Shown: piece after piece, positions 51,484-64,000 of the stretch
Layout of the letters: every line of letters starts with the position of its first letter
Position numbering within the stretch: position 1 is the stretch's first letter
Notes under the pieces: model-generated
Told to the model about the DNA's origin: nothing
Seen by the model: only the letters and a program-made list of their open reading frames with translations
The model's database searches: none
Program-made: the position numbers and the translations under genes
Assembly (NCBI GenBank): GCA_033763315.1
Contig: JANRKS010000034.1
Span: 32,001 to 96,000 of the forward strand
DNA length: 64,000 nt
Reading direction: 5' to 3'
From: Deltaproteobacteria bacterium
GTDB lineage: Bacteria; Myxococcota_A; Polyangia; Fen-1088

Positions 51484-51614
51484 GAGATGCCTTTCGGTTT
51501 TACCGTGCCGAAAGACATTGAGGAAAAAACGCAACGTTGCACGCCGCGGTGCGTTTGACCTATGTGGGGAAACCAGAGTCCGAACGCCCGTGCATAGTCG
51601 AAAATTTGGGAGCC

Positions 51615-51977
51615 ATGAGCGGGGCCACGATACTTGGAGCCGAGGTTGTCATGGCTGTCATAGCTGCTCCCAAAAGAGGTCTAGCAAAACGCTGGCTGGT
51701 GCGTGCAGGCGCCGCCTTGGCGTTGGCGGTCACCTTTGGATATACGCCGTACCACCTTTATACCCGGTCGGGATTTGCTCGGTACCTTGAGCTTCGCGCT
51801 GATCTGGCCGAAATGCGCCGAGGCAACGACAACCTTCAAACCGAGATCGCACGGTTGCAGCGAGAAGCTTGGTCATTGCGCGATGATCCTCGCGCGATCG
51901 AGAGCGTGGCACGTCACGAGCTTGGCTGGGTCAAGCCTGGCGACGTGATATTGGATCTTCGTGAGGCCACCGAGTGA
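51615..51977 (+). CDS. Septum formation initiator (FtsB/DivIC family)
   Basis: TM helix, coiled coil, IESVARHELGWVKPGD. Start uncertain. Confidence 0.8.
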   Translation: MSGATILGAEVVMAVIAAPKRGLAKRWLVRAGAALALAVTFGYTPYHLYTRSGFARYLELRADLAEMRRGNDNLQTEIARLQREAWSLRDDPRAIESVARHELGWVKPGDVILDLREATE

Positions 51978-54175
51978 GGCTTTCACGGGCCAAAGATCGC
52001 GTGGGATTTGCCGTCTCACGCGCGGTGCGCGCCGTGTGGGGCTTTGTCGTGGTTGTTGGCTTCACATTCTTATTGTGGCGCGGCTTTTTCCCCGACTTGT
52101 GGGCCGAGGGTGAAGTGGGCGTGGGCCCGGCGATCGCCGCCGCGGTGCTGGCGGCTGTGTTGGCAGCCAAGCTTGCGGCGCGCTTGCAAACGAACGAACG
52201 CCGTCGCAGCGCTTTGCGCGAAGCTGTGTCTGACGTTGAGCTTGGCCTGTTGCTGCTGACGGCCACGTATGTGTTCTTGTCGATCGTGGGCGGGCCCAAG
52301 GCGGCTGTTCATCCGCTTGTCTATGCGCTCGTCAGCTTCTTGGTGACGTTTCATCGCCTTGAGGTTGGCGTGCCTTTGGCGGTGGCTGCGGTGGGCTTCG
52401 AGGCGTTGCTCGCGTTCTCGGAGCAAGCTCCACTCGATGCGCCGCGGGTTTTCTTTGGCCACGCGGGCTTCATCGTGGTGTTCGCGGGTCTAAACGTGGC
52501 CTTCTTGCATGCGGAGGTGGCGCGGCAGCGGCGCGAGCACCGCAAGCGCCTCGAAGAAGAAGTGGCGTCGATGCGGGAAGAGGCCCGCGACTTCCGTTTG
52601 ATCTCCACAGCGCTTGGCAGCGAAAGCCGTGTGCGCTCACGCGCCGAAGAGGTTGAAAAACTTTCGCAAGGCTCCATCGAGACGATCCACCAACAGCTGT
52701 TCTACACACTGGATCTGTTGCGCAAGGCCCTAGGCCTGCAAACGTGCGCCTTGCTGTGGCTGGATAGCCGTGGGCAAAAGCTAAAATTGAAAGAGCTCTC
52801 AAGCGATTCGCCCCACATCGCCGAGGCGCCAGTGCCTGCGGGTCACGGGGTGTTAGGCGCCATTCTCAAAGATGGCAAACGCCTTACGCTTGAATCACCG
52901 CGCTTGTCGATGTTGCCTTATTACCAAGGCCCGGCGGATGTGGCGGCCTTTGTGGGCGTGCCTGTGTTCGAGGGCCGCGTTGTGCGCGGTGTGCTCGTGG
53001 CCGATCGTGGTGCCGGCGGCCCGTTTGCGCCTGGCGAAGTGGGGTTGGTTGAATCGGCCGCGGCTCAGATCGTGCGCGTGGTCCAGTCTGAACGCGTGTT
53101 TCAGGCCGTTGAGCGCGCCAAAAATGAACACGAAAGCTTTTACCGCGCGTCTGCTGAACTTAACCGCGCTTTAACGCTGGATGAGGTTTACGAAGCCGCG
53201 ATCGCCGGCGCGCGTGGCGTATGTGATTTTGATCTGGCGGTGATAGCCACCTATGACGCGAACCACGGCGCCCACAACATTTGCCGGGTCGAAGGTGAGC
53301 TGTCCGAAGCCCTCAGCGGCAAACAATTCAAGGATCCCACGGCGCTTTTGTCGATGGTGGTCAAGAACAAGATTGCTTTGCCTGCGGGTGGCCAGTGGCG
53401 CGAACGCGAGGATGGTTACGTCTTCGATCCCAACGTGCGCACGCGTGAATTCGAATCCCTCTTGGTGCTGCCTTTGGTCGTCAAAGATGAGGTTACGGGC
53501 ACGTTCACCGTGGCTTCAAAACGGGCGGGCGCCTTCCCGAACGACCGCCGCGAAATGCTGGGCGTCATCGCAAACCAGGTGGCCATTAGCATGCAAAACG
53601 GTCGCATGTACCAAGTGCTGGAAGAGCAGGCGACCACGGACGGCCTCACGGGGCTGGTCAACCACCGCACCTTCCAAGAGCGGTTTGCGGCGATGCTGAC
53701 GCGCGCCGAGCGCCACAGCTTTCCGGTGGCTTTGCTGCTGACCGACATCGATCACTTTAAGAAAATCAACGACAACTACGGCCATCCCACGGGCGACGAA
53801 GTGCTGCGCCGGGTGGCGAAGATCCTCAAGGGCAGCGCGCGCAAGATCGACATCGTGGCGCGCTACGGGGGTGAGGAATTTGCGATTGTGCTGGAAAGTA
53901 CCGATCGCGAGGGCGCCCGCCAATTGGCCGAGCGCATTCGCTCGGAAGTGGCCAAACAAAGCTTTGATTCTTCCAAAGGTCCCTTCAAGGCCACTTTGTC
54001 GCTGGGGGTGGCTCTGTACCCCGAAGACGCGCGCACCAAGACGGAAATCATTGCCCGCGCGGATCAATCGCTTTATGCGGCCAAGCATGGTGGCCGCAAC
54101 CGCACCGTTTGCCACGGCGACGTGGTGACGCCCGTCGCGGCTCCTGAGAAGAAGCCTCTGCGCGCCGCGGGCTAA
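51974..54175 (+). CDS. Membrane diguanylate cyclase with two GAF domains
   Basis: N-terminal TM bundle, two GAF domains, TDGLTGL, DIDHFKKIND, RKID I-site, GGEEF. Confidence 0.93.
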   Translation: MRLSRAKDRVGFAVSRAVRAVWGFVVVVGFTFLLWRGFFPDLWAEGEVGVGPAIAAAVLAAVLAAKLAARLQTNERRRSALREAVSDVELGLLLLTATYVFLSIVGGPKAAVHPLVYALVSFLVTFHRLEVGVPLAVAAVGFEALLAFSEQAPLDAPRVFFGHAGFIVVFAGLNVAFLHAEVARQRREHRKRLEEEVASMREEARDFRLISTALGSESRVRSRAEEVEKLSQGSIETIHQQLFYTLDLLRKALGLQTCALLWLDSRGQKLKLKELSSDSPHIAEAPVPAGHGVLGAILKDGKRLTLESPRLSMLPYYQGPADVAAFVGVPVFEGRVVRGVLVADRGAGGPFAPGEVGLVESAAAQIVRVVQSERVFQAVERAKNEHESFYRASAELNRALTLDEVYEAAIAGARGVCDFDLAVIATYDANHGAHNICRVEGELSEALSGKQFKDPTALLSMVVKNKIALPAGGQWREREDGYVFDPNVRTREFESLLVLPLVVKDEVTGTFTVASKRAGAFPNDRREMLGVIANQVAISMQNGRMYQVLEEQATTDGLTGLVNHRTFQERFAAMLTRAERHSFPVALLLTDIDHFKKINDNYGHPTGDEVLRRVAKILKGSARKIDIVARYGGEEFAIVLESTDREGARQLAERIRSEVAKQSFDSSKGPFKATLSLGVALYPEDARTKTEIIARADQSLYAAKHGGRNRTVCHGDVVTPVAAPEKKPLRAAG

Positions 54176-54335
54176 CCGTGAGACAAAGCACGCTCTGTCT
54201 TCGCAACGGCCGCGTCAAGCGGTAGTCTCCGTGGTGATGATCGCCACGGGTTTCGACGTTGACGAACTGCGGCGCTTCGGCCATGAAGACGGCGTGCGCT
54301 CCTCGTTTTGTCGCCCGGGCCAACTTCAGCAGCTG

Positions 54336-56918
54336 ATGGCCTGCGTGTTCCTGGGTGTGTGTTTGGCGTTCGCGAGTTCTGGGCAGGCCGCGCCAGTGGC
54401 AGCGTCTGCAAAAGCCAGCTTGGTGCTGACGCTGCACAAGGAGTTGCCCGCCACGGCCGTTTTCGCGCCGCTCGAACAAATTTCGGTTGATGTCACGCCG
54501 CCCACCAAAGGCTTGCATCTGGAGGTGAGCGATCCACGAGGCCACGTTTATGTGAGCGTGAATGACTTGCCACCTGGCCAACGCTTCCGCGTGGAAGGGG
54601 CGCTCGGCGTGCACAAACTGCAAGTGAGCCTGCGCGGGAAGGTGATGTTAACGCGTGAACTGCTGGTCGACGCGCACACGGACGTCAGCTGCACGAACGC
54701 GCTCTTCGATGTTGAGCTGCGGCGTTTGGCGGCACAGCTGCGTGCGGCAGGTTCGGTGGCCACGATTGACGGTGCAACCGTGCGCTTGTTGTCGAACGAG
54801 CTACGCGAAAGCCGTTATGTCAACGCAGCGACGCGCTTCTTCGAGACGGATGTGCGTTCCGGCCTCGACCTGTTTCTGAACGCGCAGCGACCCAGTGGCT
54901 TGGTTTATTCGGCGGTTCAACGCGACGATCACTACGATCCTTACACGAACAGTTACCCAGGCGTCAGCATGGCCCGCGACATGTTCGGCGAAGACTTTAC
55001 CGCCCGCTCCCGCGATGGCCGCTGGTTCTTCGAGCGAACGCCTAGCTTCGCCGACGTGGAATCGATGGCGGTCGGCTGGGCCCATGACGTGTGGCAGGCA
55101 ACGGGAGATGATGAATGGCTCGCGGCCGTCATGCCTACGCTTGAGAAAGCGCTGGGATATCTACAAACCGATCCTCTGCGTTGGTCGCCTGAAAAGCAGC
55201 TGGTCAAGCGCGCGTTCACGATCGACGTCTGGGGCGCGCAAGACGCTTTGTCCGGAAAAATCCATCCACGCGGTGGCCTCAACAAAGCAGGCTGGTTCGA
55301 CGGATTGTTCATCGATCGCGATTCCGCCATGGGCATTGCTCACGGTGACAACACTGCGTTTTATGAAGCGGCCACTTTGATGGCGCGCATGAACGCGCAC
55401 CTTGGCAACCCCGAGCGAGCCAGCCAGTGGACGCAGGCCGCAGAGAATCTGCGTGAGAACCTCGATAAGACGGCTTGGAACGGCACGTTTTATCGACATT
55501 TCGTGCGCCTTTTGGATAACCCCCTGTGGCAGCAGCTCGAGGGCAACGAGTCGCGGCAGCTTTCAATGTCGAACCCCTTCGCTATCACACGAGGGGCCGC
55601 CACGCACGCGCAAGCGCTAGCCATCGTGGGCGAATACCAGCGGCGCTATGACAAGTGCAAGGGCCAATGCTTGGGCGAATGGTCTGCCCTGGATCCGCCC
55701 TTCCGCAAGGGGTTCGGCCACTGGGGGCCTTACGAAGGCCCGAACGGCAACCTAACGCCGATCGTTGCCGGTGCGTTGGGGCACGCCGCCTTAGAGCACG
55801 GCGCTGAAGTGTATGGTGCGGACATCTTCCGCAGGCTGCTTGAGTTGCAGCGACGTCACGCCGGCTTGCATGGGTTCTACAATGTCAACGCGCGCCCGAT
55901 AGGCTGGCAACCCGAAGAGTTTCAATCGGTCGATCTGCGAACAATCGCCAACCGCCACCTGCGTGGGGATCAGCCGTCGGGATTCATAGAGCATCCGGAC
56001 AATGACCTGCGCGCCTTTCCCACAGGCCGCAACTTCTTTTTAGGAAAACCTTTCGATGTCATCGATCCCAAGGACAACGGCGGCCGCGCGGCTGTGGTGT
56101 TGTGGGGCGCTGGCAGTCCCGGGCCGCGCGAGACAACTGTGGCCGGCATCGGCAAGAAAGCGCGGAGCATCTATTTTTTGCACTCCGCGGGCAACATCCG
56201 TCGCCAATCCCGCGTGGGTGAGTATGTGGTCAACTATGCCGACGGCAGCAAGGTGCGCATTCCCTTGGTGGTCGGTCGCAACATAGGTGGTTGGTGGGCT
56301 GAAGGCGACGCAGGCGAATGGCGCGTGGCTTGGCGTGGAAAGAATCCACACGTATCCATTGTGGCCATGGGCGTTTGGGGCTGGGAAAACAATCAGCCCA
56401 ACAAAGAGATCGAAAGCATCACCATTCGCGCTTCTGGCCAAGGTCGCATACAGCTGTTGGGCATTTCGTTGTCGTCAGGCCCCGTGCAGTTTGATCGCGG
56501 TGAAGTTGCGTCGGATACCGCCTCAACCTGGGCCGCGGGCGTGGTGTGGAAGGGCGCGATGGAGTCGCTGGCGGGGGTGGTGGATCGCGATCGCTTGATG
56601 GAGCACGTGGCGCTTTCGCCGCGTTGGCTTGCACTCGGTGAAACGCGCGCGGCCGTGACGGTTCGCTATGGGCCCTCACGTGGTTACGTGGCCTACAGGT
56701 GGGAACACAGAAGCGGTGATCGGACACAGTCGCTTGTGTTTTCGGGCAGCGGCAAGCGCTTTGATTTTCGCGTGCTGATGCCTGCCGCGCAAAAGCCGCG
56801 AGACGTTACGTTGAACGGCAAGAAGCTGCGGTTTCGCACCGAAACCGTCGAAAACAGCGTGTATGCAGACTTCTCACTCGAAGGTACATCCGCGGGCGTT
56901 GTTGACGTGACTTACTGA
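54336..56918 (+). CDS. Secreted (alpha/alpha)6-barrel glycoside hydrolase-like protein
   Basis: Signal peptide; WQATGDDEWL and AENLRENLDKTAWNGTFY helical-barrel patterns; beta-rich inserted domain. Family not assignable by eye. Confidence 0.6.
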   Translation: MACVFLGVCLAFASSGQAAPVAASAKASLVLTLHKELPATAVFAPLEQISVDVTPPTKGLHLEVSDPRGHVYVSVNDLPPGQRFRVEGALGVHKLQVSLRGKVMLTRELLVDAHTDVSCTNALFDVELRRLAAQLRAAGSVATIDGATVRLLSNELRESRYVNAATRFFETDVRSGLDLFLNAQRPSGLVYSAVQRDDHYDPYTNSYPGVSMARDMFGEDFTARSRDGRWFFERTPSFADVESMAVGWAHDVWQATGDDEWLAAVMPTLEKALGYLQTDPLRWSPEKQLVKRAFTIDVWGAQDALSGKIHPRGGLNKAGWFDGLFIDRDSAMGIAHGDNTAFYEAATLMARMNAHLGNPERASQWTQAAENLRENLDKTAWNGTFYRHFVRLLDNPLWQQLEGNESRQLSMSNPFAITRGAATHAQALAIVGEYQRRYDKCKGQCLGEWSALDPPFRKGFGHWGPYEGPNGNLTPIVAGALGHAALEHGAEVYGADIFRRLLELQRRHAGLHGFYNVNARPIGWQPEEFQSVDLRTIANRHLRGDQPSGFIEHPDNDLRAFPTGRNFFLGKPFDVIDPKDNGGRAAVVLWGAGSPGPRETTVAGIGKKARSIYFLHSAGNIRRQSRVGEYVVNYADGSKVRIPLVVGRNIGGWWAEGDAGEWRVAWRGKNPHVSIVAMGVWGWENNQPNKEIESITIRASGQGRIQLLGISLSSGPVQFDRGEVASDTASTWAAGVVWKGAMESLAGVVDRDRLMEHVALSPRWLALGETRAAVTVRYGPSRGYVAYRWEHRSGDRTQSLVFSGSGKRFDFRVLMPAAQKPRDVTLNGKKLRFRTETVENSVYADFSLEGTSAGVVDVTY

Positions 56919-56972
56919 AAACGTTGGTCTTCGCGAAAAAACGTCCGATACTTTGAGCTGCGAGGTGCGTGC

Positions 56973-58526
56973 ATGCGATTTCATCATGTCAACGTTATGC
57001 GTGGCTTGTCGGCACTGGCGGTGATTGTTCTTGTTGCAGCCACAGGGTGCGACGAAAAAGCCAACGGCTTGGGCGATGAGGACAGTGGCATCGCAAACCC
57101 AAACGACGGCGGCGGTAGCGTCACCGATGGCAATGGCAGCGCGGATGCCTTCTCCGTCGCCTTCTCTGACGCATTAACAATGCCGCCCAAGATGGAAGCC
57201 GAATGCGGCCCATCAAAGCTCTGCCCCGCCGGAAAAAAATGTTTGGCGGGCAAGTGCCAAGATGATCAATGCGCGGCCAATCCGAAATTCACCTGCACGG
57301 CCGATAAGGCCTGCCAAGCCACGTGCGTGAAGGTTGAGAACAAATGTGCCGGCGTCACGTGCCCTGCGATGAAGACCTGCGTAGATGGCGCCTGCGTTGC
57401 CGGCTGCTTCAAAGAACCGTGCAACGACGTTCAGTGCAAAGAAGGCGAATTTTGCGATCCAAACAACGGCAAGTGTTCAAAGCTGAATGCCTGTGAGGGC
57501 GTCTGCCCCGCCGGCCAAGCCTGCAACCTCACGTGCATTCCGAAGGTCAACGCCTGTGACAATGTGGCCTGTAAGTCTGATGAGTTCTGCGTTGCCGGCG
57601 CATGCGTGAAGAACCCCTGCGCCACGGTGACTTGCCCGGTGGGCAATGTCTGCGTCAACGGCGCGTGCGTGGATACGTGTGCATGCACGATGTCGTGCAA
57701 CCAACAATCCAAGTGTGTGCAGGGCGTTTGTGAGTGTGCCCCTAAATGCGAGGCTGGAAAGTGTGGCAGCGATGGTTGCGGCGGCACTTGTCCCTGTCCG
57801 GGCGGCACCAAGTGTTATCAAAATTCATGTTGCGTGCCGAACTGCCCCGCCAACGGCAGCAAAGCGTGCATGAGCGATGGTTGTGGCGGAAGTTGCAGTT
57901 GCCCTGCGGGTGGCGGCAGTTGCTATCAAGGCAAGTGTTGTCAGAAGACTTGCCCTGCGGATGGAAGCAAGGCGTGCATGAGCGATGGTTGTGGTGGCAC
58001 GTGTGGATGCCCATCAGGCCAGGGCAGCTGCTATCAAGGCAAGTGTTGCCAGAAGAATTGCCCTGCGGATGGAAGCAAGGCGTGCATGAGCGATGGGTGT
58101 GGAGGCACGTGTGGGTGCCCGTCAGGCGAGGGCAGCTGCTATCAAGGCAAGTGTTGCCAGAAGAATTGCCCTGCGGATGGCAGCAAGGCGTGCATGAGCG
58201 ACGGGTGCGGTGGCACCTGCGCGTGCCCGAGCGGCAAAGGCAGCTGTTACCAAGGCATGTGCTGCGCGCCCGTTTGCCCCGCCGGTACCTGCGGCGGCAA
58301 CGGCTGTGGCGGAACTTGCAAGTGTCCCGCCGGCTCCACCTGCAACAACGGCAAGTGTTCGGCGAAGGCCTGCAGCCCCGCCTGTGGATGTGGCCAGGTT
58401 TGTTATGACGGGCAGTGCATCGCACTGACCTGCGACGCGGACGAGTTCAAGTGCGGCTGCTCGTGCTGCCCGCTTGGCAACAGCTGCATTGCTGGCCAGT
58501 GTTTGCCGCCGGGCGCGGTGCCTTAG
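56973..58526 (+). CDS. Cys-rich repeat lipoprotein
   Basis: Lipobox ATGC; C..V.C.....CV.G.C repeats, then DGCGG.C..C repeats. Confidence 0.85.
   Translation: MRFHHVNVMRGLSALAVIVLVAATGCDEKANGLGDEDSGIANPNDGGGSVTDGNGSADAFSVAFSDALTMPPKMEAECGPSKLCPAGKKCLAGKCQDDQCAANPKFTCTADKACQATCVKVENKCAGVTCPAMKTCVDGACVAGCFKEPCNDVQCKEGEFCDPNNGKCSKLNACEGVCPAGQACNLTCIPKVNACDNVACKSDEFCVAGACVKNPCATVTCPVGNVCVNGACVDTCACTMSCNQQSKCVQGVCECAPKCEAGKCGSDGCGGTCPCPGGTKCYQNSCCVPNCPANGSKACMSDGCGGSCSCPAGGGSCYQGKCCQKTCPADGSKACMSDGCGGTCGCPSGQGSCYQGKCCQKNCPADGSKACMSDGCGGTCGCPSGEGSCYQGKCCQKNCPADGSKACMSDGCGGTCACPSGKGSCYQGMCCAPVCPAGTCGGNGCGGTCKCPAGSTCNNGKCSAKACSPACGCGQVCYDGQCIALTCDADEFKCGCSCCPLGNSCIAGQCLPPGAVP
57843..58274 (+). repeat. 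Four tandem 108-bp (36-aa) coding repeats
   Basis: Units start at 57843, 57951, 58059 and 58167 (CPADGSKACMSDGCGGTCGCPSG.GSCYQGKCCQKN). Confidence 0.9.
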
Positions 58527-58536
58527 TCCAAGAGGA

Positions 58537-58563
58537 GCCAAGCGTCGCCACCCGACGCTTGGC
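58537..58563. terminator. Hairpin between convergent genes
   Basis: Perfect 11-bp stem GCCAAGCGTCG / CGACGCTTGGC; no clear U-tract. Confidence 0.5.
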
Positions 58564-58578
58564 AAGGCATTTCGGCGC

Positions 58579-60411
58579 TTAATCCATGCGCCATTGCGGC
58601 GGCAGGCCGTCGAGAACGAACGCGTCGGCGGCCTCGGCGGGAACCGCTTTCGAGAACAAGAAGCCCTGGATCTGGTGGCAACCCAGCGCGTGGATTTGCA
58701 CCAGCTGCGATTGGGTTTCCACGCCCTCGGCTGTGACCGACAACGACAAGTTGTTGGCCAGCGCAATCATCGAGCGCACGATCTCGTTGGCTTTCGGTGA
58801 TTCAGCCATGCGTGCGACGAAGGAACGATCCACCTTCAGACCATCCACCGTGAAGCGTTCCAATTGCCCAAGCGACGAATAGCCCATGCCAAAATCGTCG
58901 ATGCACACACGGATGTCCATGCGGCGCAGCTCATCCAAGATCTCGCCCGCACCCGCCGTGCCTTCCATCAACGCGCTTTCGGTCAGCTCTATCGTCAAGT
59001 CACGTGGATCGACGGAGGTTTCGCTGAGCACACGCTGAATGTCTTTGAGCAAGGTGGGCTGCAGGAACTGTCGCGGCGATAGGTTCACGCTCATCTTTGG
59101 CGCAGGACCTGGGTATTGCGTCTGCCATTTGCGCAGCTGCAAGCACGCTTCTTCGAGGCCCCATAACCCTATGGGACAGATCAGCCCCGTCTCCTCCGCC
59201 AAGGGGATGAATTCATCTGGGCCCACCAAACCTCGCTCGGGGTGCGCCCAGCGCAGCAGGGCCTCAAAGCCCACGAGCCGCCTTGCGGCCGTGTCGATGA
59301 TGGGCTGGTAATGCAGCACAAATTCACGCCGCTCGATGGCTCGACGCAGATCCGTTTCGAGCTGCAGCAGCGAGCGCGCGCGATCGTGCATGCCCGTTAA
59401 GAAACGAACGTGCCGTGCGCGGCCTTGCGCTTTGGCTTGGTACATCGCGATGTCGGCGTCACGCAGCAAATCTTCGGCGCGATCGTATTCGTCACCACCT
59501 AAGGTGATGCCGATGCTCATCGTGCAGTAAACCTCCACGCTCGACACTTGAAACGGCGTGCTCATTGAGCTGTGGATTCGCTCGGCCACCTTCTCAGCGT
59601 CGCCGGCGTCACGCACGCTCTCAAGCAAAATCACGAACTCGTCTCCGCTCAAGCGGGCCACGGTGTCACCGGGGCGCAAGCACGTTTCGATACGCCGGCC
59701 CAAGGCCACAATCAGTTCATCGCCTGTGGCGTGCCCTAGACTGTCGTTGATGCCTTTGAACCGATCAATGTCCAAGAACAACACGGCGTACGGCGAATCC
59801 TTGCGCCGCCGCGCCCGCCGCATCAGCTGCCCGAGGCGATCCAAAAACAACGCTCGGTTGGGCAGATGGGTCAACGGGTCGAAAAAGGCCTGCTCAAACA
59901 GCTGATTTTCGGCCTGCTTGCGCGCGGTGATGTCCCGCGAGATACCGAAGGTTCCCACCACCTTACCCAGGGCATCGCGCAACGGTAGCTTGGTGGTCGA
60001 AACCCATTTCACACCGCCGCCAACGAAATTTTCCTTTTCGTCTTTGCCCACCATCGGGCGGCCGGTGGTCATCACCTCTTGCTCGTCCTGCCGTGCGGCC
60101 TCGGCGTGGCTCTTTCCGAAAAAATCGAGATCGGATTTGCCAACCGCGTCGTCGGGCGATCGCAGGCCCAGATAGCGGCACATGGCGCGGTTGATGCGGA
60201 TGAACCGGCTCTCGGCATCCTTGAAATAGATGTTGTCCGGGAGGTTATCCATCAACGCGGCCAACAGAAACGCATCACCCGCAGACCCCTGGGGGTTCGC
60301 AAGCATTTCGGCCAAGGCCGCTTCCTCACCCCGAACCTCCGTCACTCCCGGCTCCTCCAACCCCTCATCCCCATTCAGGAGGCCCGTGGGCGCTTTTGTT
60401 GTGGCGCTCAT
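58579..60411 (-). CDS. PAS-GGDEF-EAL c-di-GMP enzyme
   Basis: PAS/PAC (LMDNLPDNIYFKD..GTFGISRDITARK), SGDEF, EALLRW, DDFGMGYSSL, AEGVET. Confidence 0.93.
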   Translation of the reverse strand: MSATTKAPTGLLNGDEGLEEPGVTEVRGEEAALAEMLANPQGSAGDAFLLAALMDNLPDNIYFKDAESRFIRINRAMCRYLGLRSPDDAVGKSDLDFFGKSHAEAARQDEQEVMTTGRPMVGKDEKENFVGGGVKWVSTTKLPLRDALGKVVGTFGISRDITARKQAENQLFEQAFFDPLTHLPNRALFLDRLGQLMRRARRRKDSPYAVLFLDIDRFKGINDSLGHATGDELIVALGRRIETCLRPGDTVARLSGDEFVILLESVRDAGDAEKVAERIHSSMSTPFQVSSVEVYCTMSIGITLGGDEYDRAEDLLRDADIAMYQAKAQGRARHVRFLTGMHDRARSLLQLETDLRRAIERREFVLHYQPIIDTAARRLVGFEALLRWAHPERGLVGPDEFIPLAEETGLICPIGLWGLEEACLQLRKWQTQYPGPAPKMSVNLSPRQFLQPTLLKDIQRVLSETSVDPRDLTIELTESALMEGTAGAGEILDELRRMDIRVCIDDFGMGYSSLGQLERFTVDGLKVDRSFVARMAESPKANEIVRSMIALANNLSLSVTAEGVETQSQLVQIHALGCHQIQGFLFSKAVPAEAADAFVLDGLPPQWRMD

Positions 60412-60531
60412 GCGGTTCGTGCACAGCTGTTCGCTCTGCACTTCGATTGTCGCACAGCCACCGTGTGCACCGCAAGGCGCTCCTGAGGTCAGGAATGCTT
60501 TGCGGCGCTTTTGGCGAGCTTTGTCGCAGGG

Positions 60532-63856
<3,325 letters not shown>

Positions 63857-63860
<4 letters not shown>

Positions 63861-64000
63861 TGTGATTGTGCGGTGTTGCGCCTGAACTCAAGTGAACGCA
63901 AGGAGAAGATCAAGGCCTCAACGGCCGTCACGGCATTCACGTTGCCTGCCAAGGCTTCGTCCGCTTCGGCGAGCGCATCGAGCGCCTTGCGAATGCGCGG
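63857..64000 (-). CDS. holB: Probable DNA polymerase III delta' subunit, 3' end (partial)
   Basis: Open frame ..ALDALAEADEALAGNVNAVTAVEALIFSL..* overlapping the ricT-like ATG (ATGA). NVN..E.L motif and known holB-yaaT synteny. Confidence 0.6.

Noticed and set aside
57843-58274. Tandem repeats as a possible CRISPR array
   Set aside because: In-frame 108-bp coding units with no unique spacers, and no cas genes nearby.

Overview
GC-rich bacterial chromosome segment, most likely Myxococcota (inferred from several Ser/Thr kinases, Cys-rich lipoproteins and a DUF1592/DUF1552 pair). It has about 45 genes. Core genes: secA, fabI, aroE, xseA, rluB/rsuA/trmL-like, monomeric icd, ricT/yaaT-like and the 3' end of a holB-like gene. 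It also has a complete iscS-iscU-iscA-hscB-hscA-fdx operon, carbohydrate enzymes and two c-di-GMP enzymes. I saw no rRNA, tRNA, CRISPR array, transposase or integrase. Main leads: (1) the ISC operon is headed by a Cys/His-tailed MerR-family regulator with a perfect 22-bp dyad over its promoter, where IscR normally sits; (2) an exact 33-bp direct repeat duplicates the 3' end of the rluB-like gene and brackets the DUF1592/DUF1552 pair; (3) an orphan single-chain TssB-TssC sheath-like protein; (4) a SigR/SigH-type ECF sigma/anti-sigma pair with an exact GGAAT-N18-GTT promoter; (5) an orphan PntC-like/aminoethylphosphonate aminotransferase fusion. All family calls come from recognising motifs by eye, not from database searches, and several start codons are best guesses.
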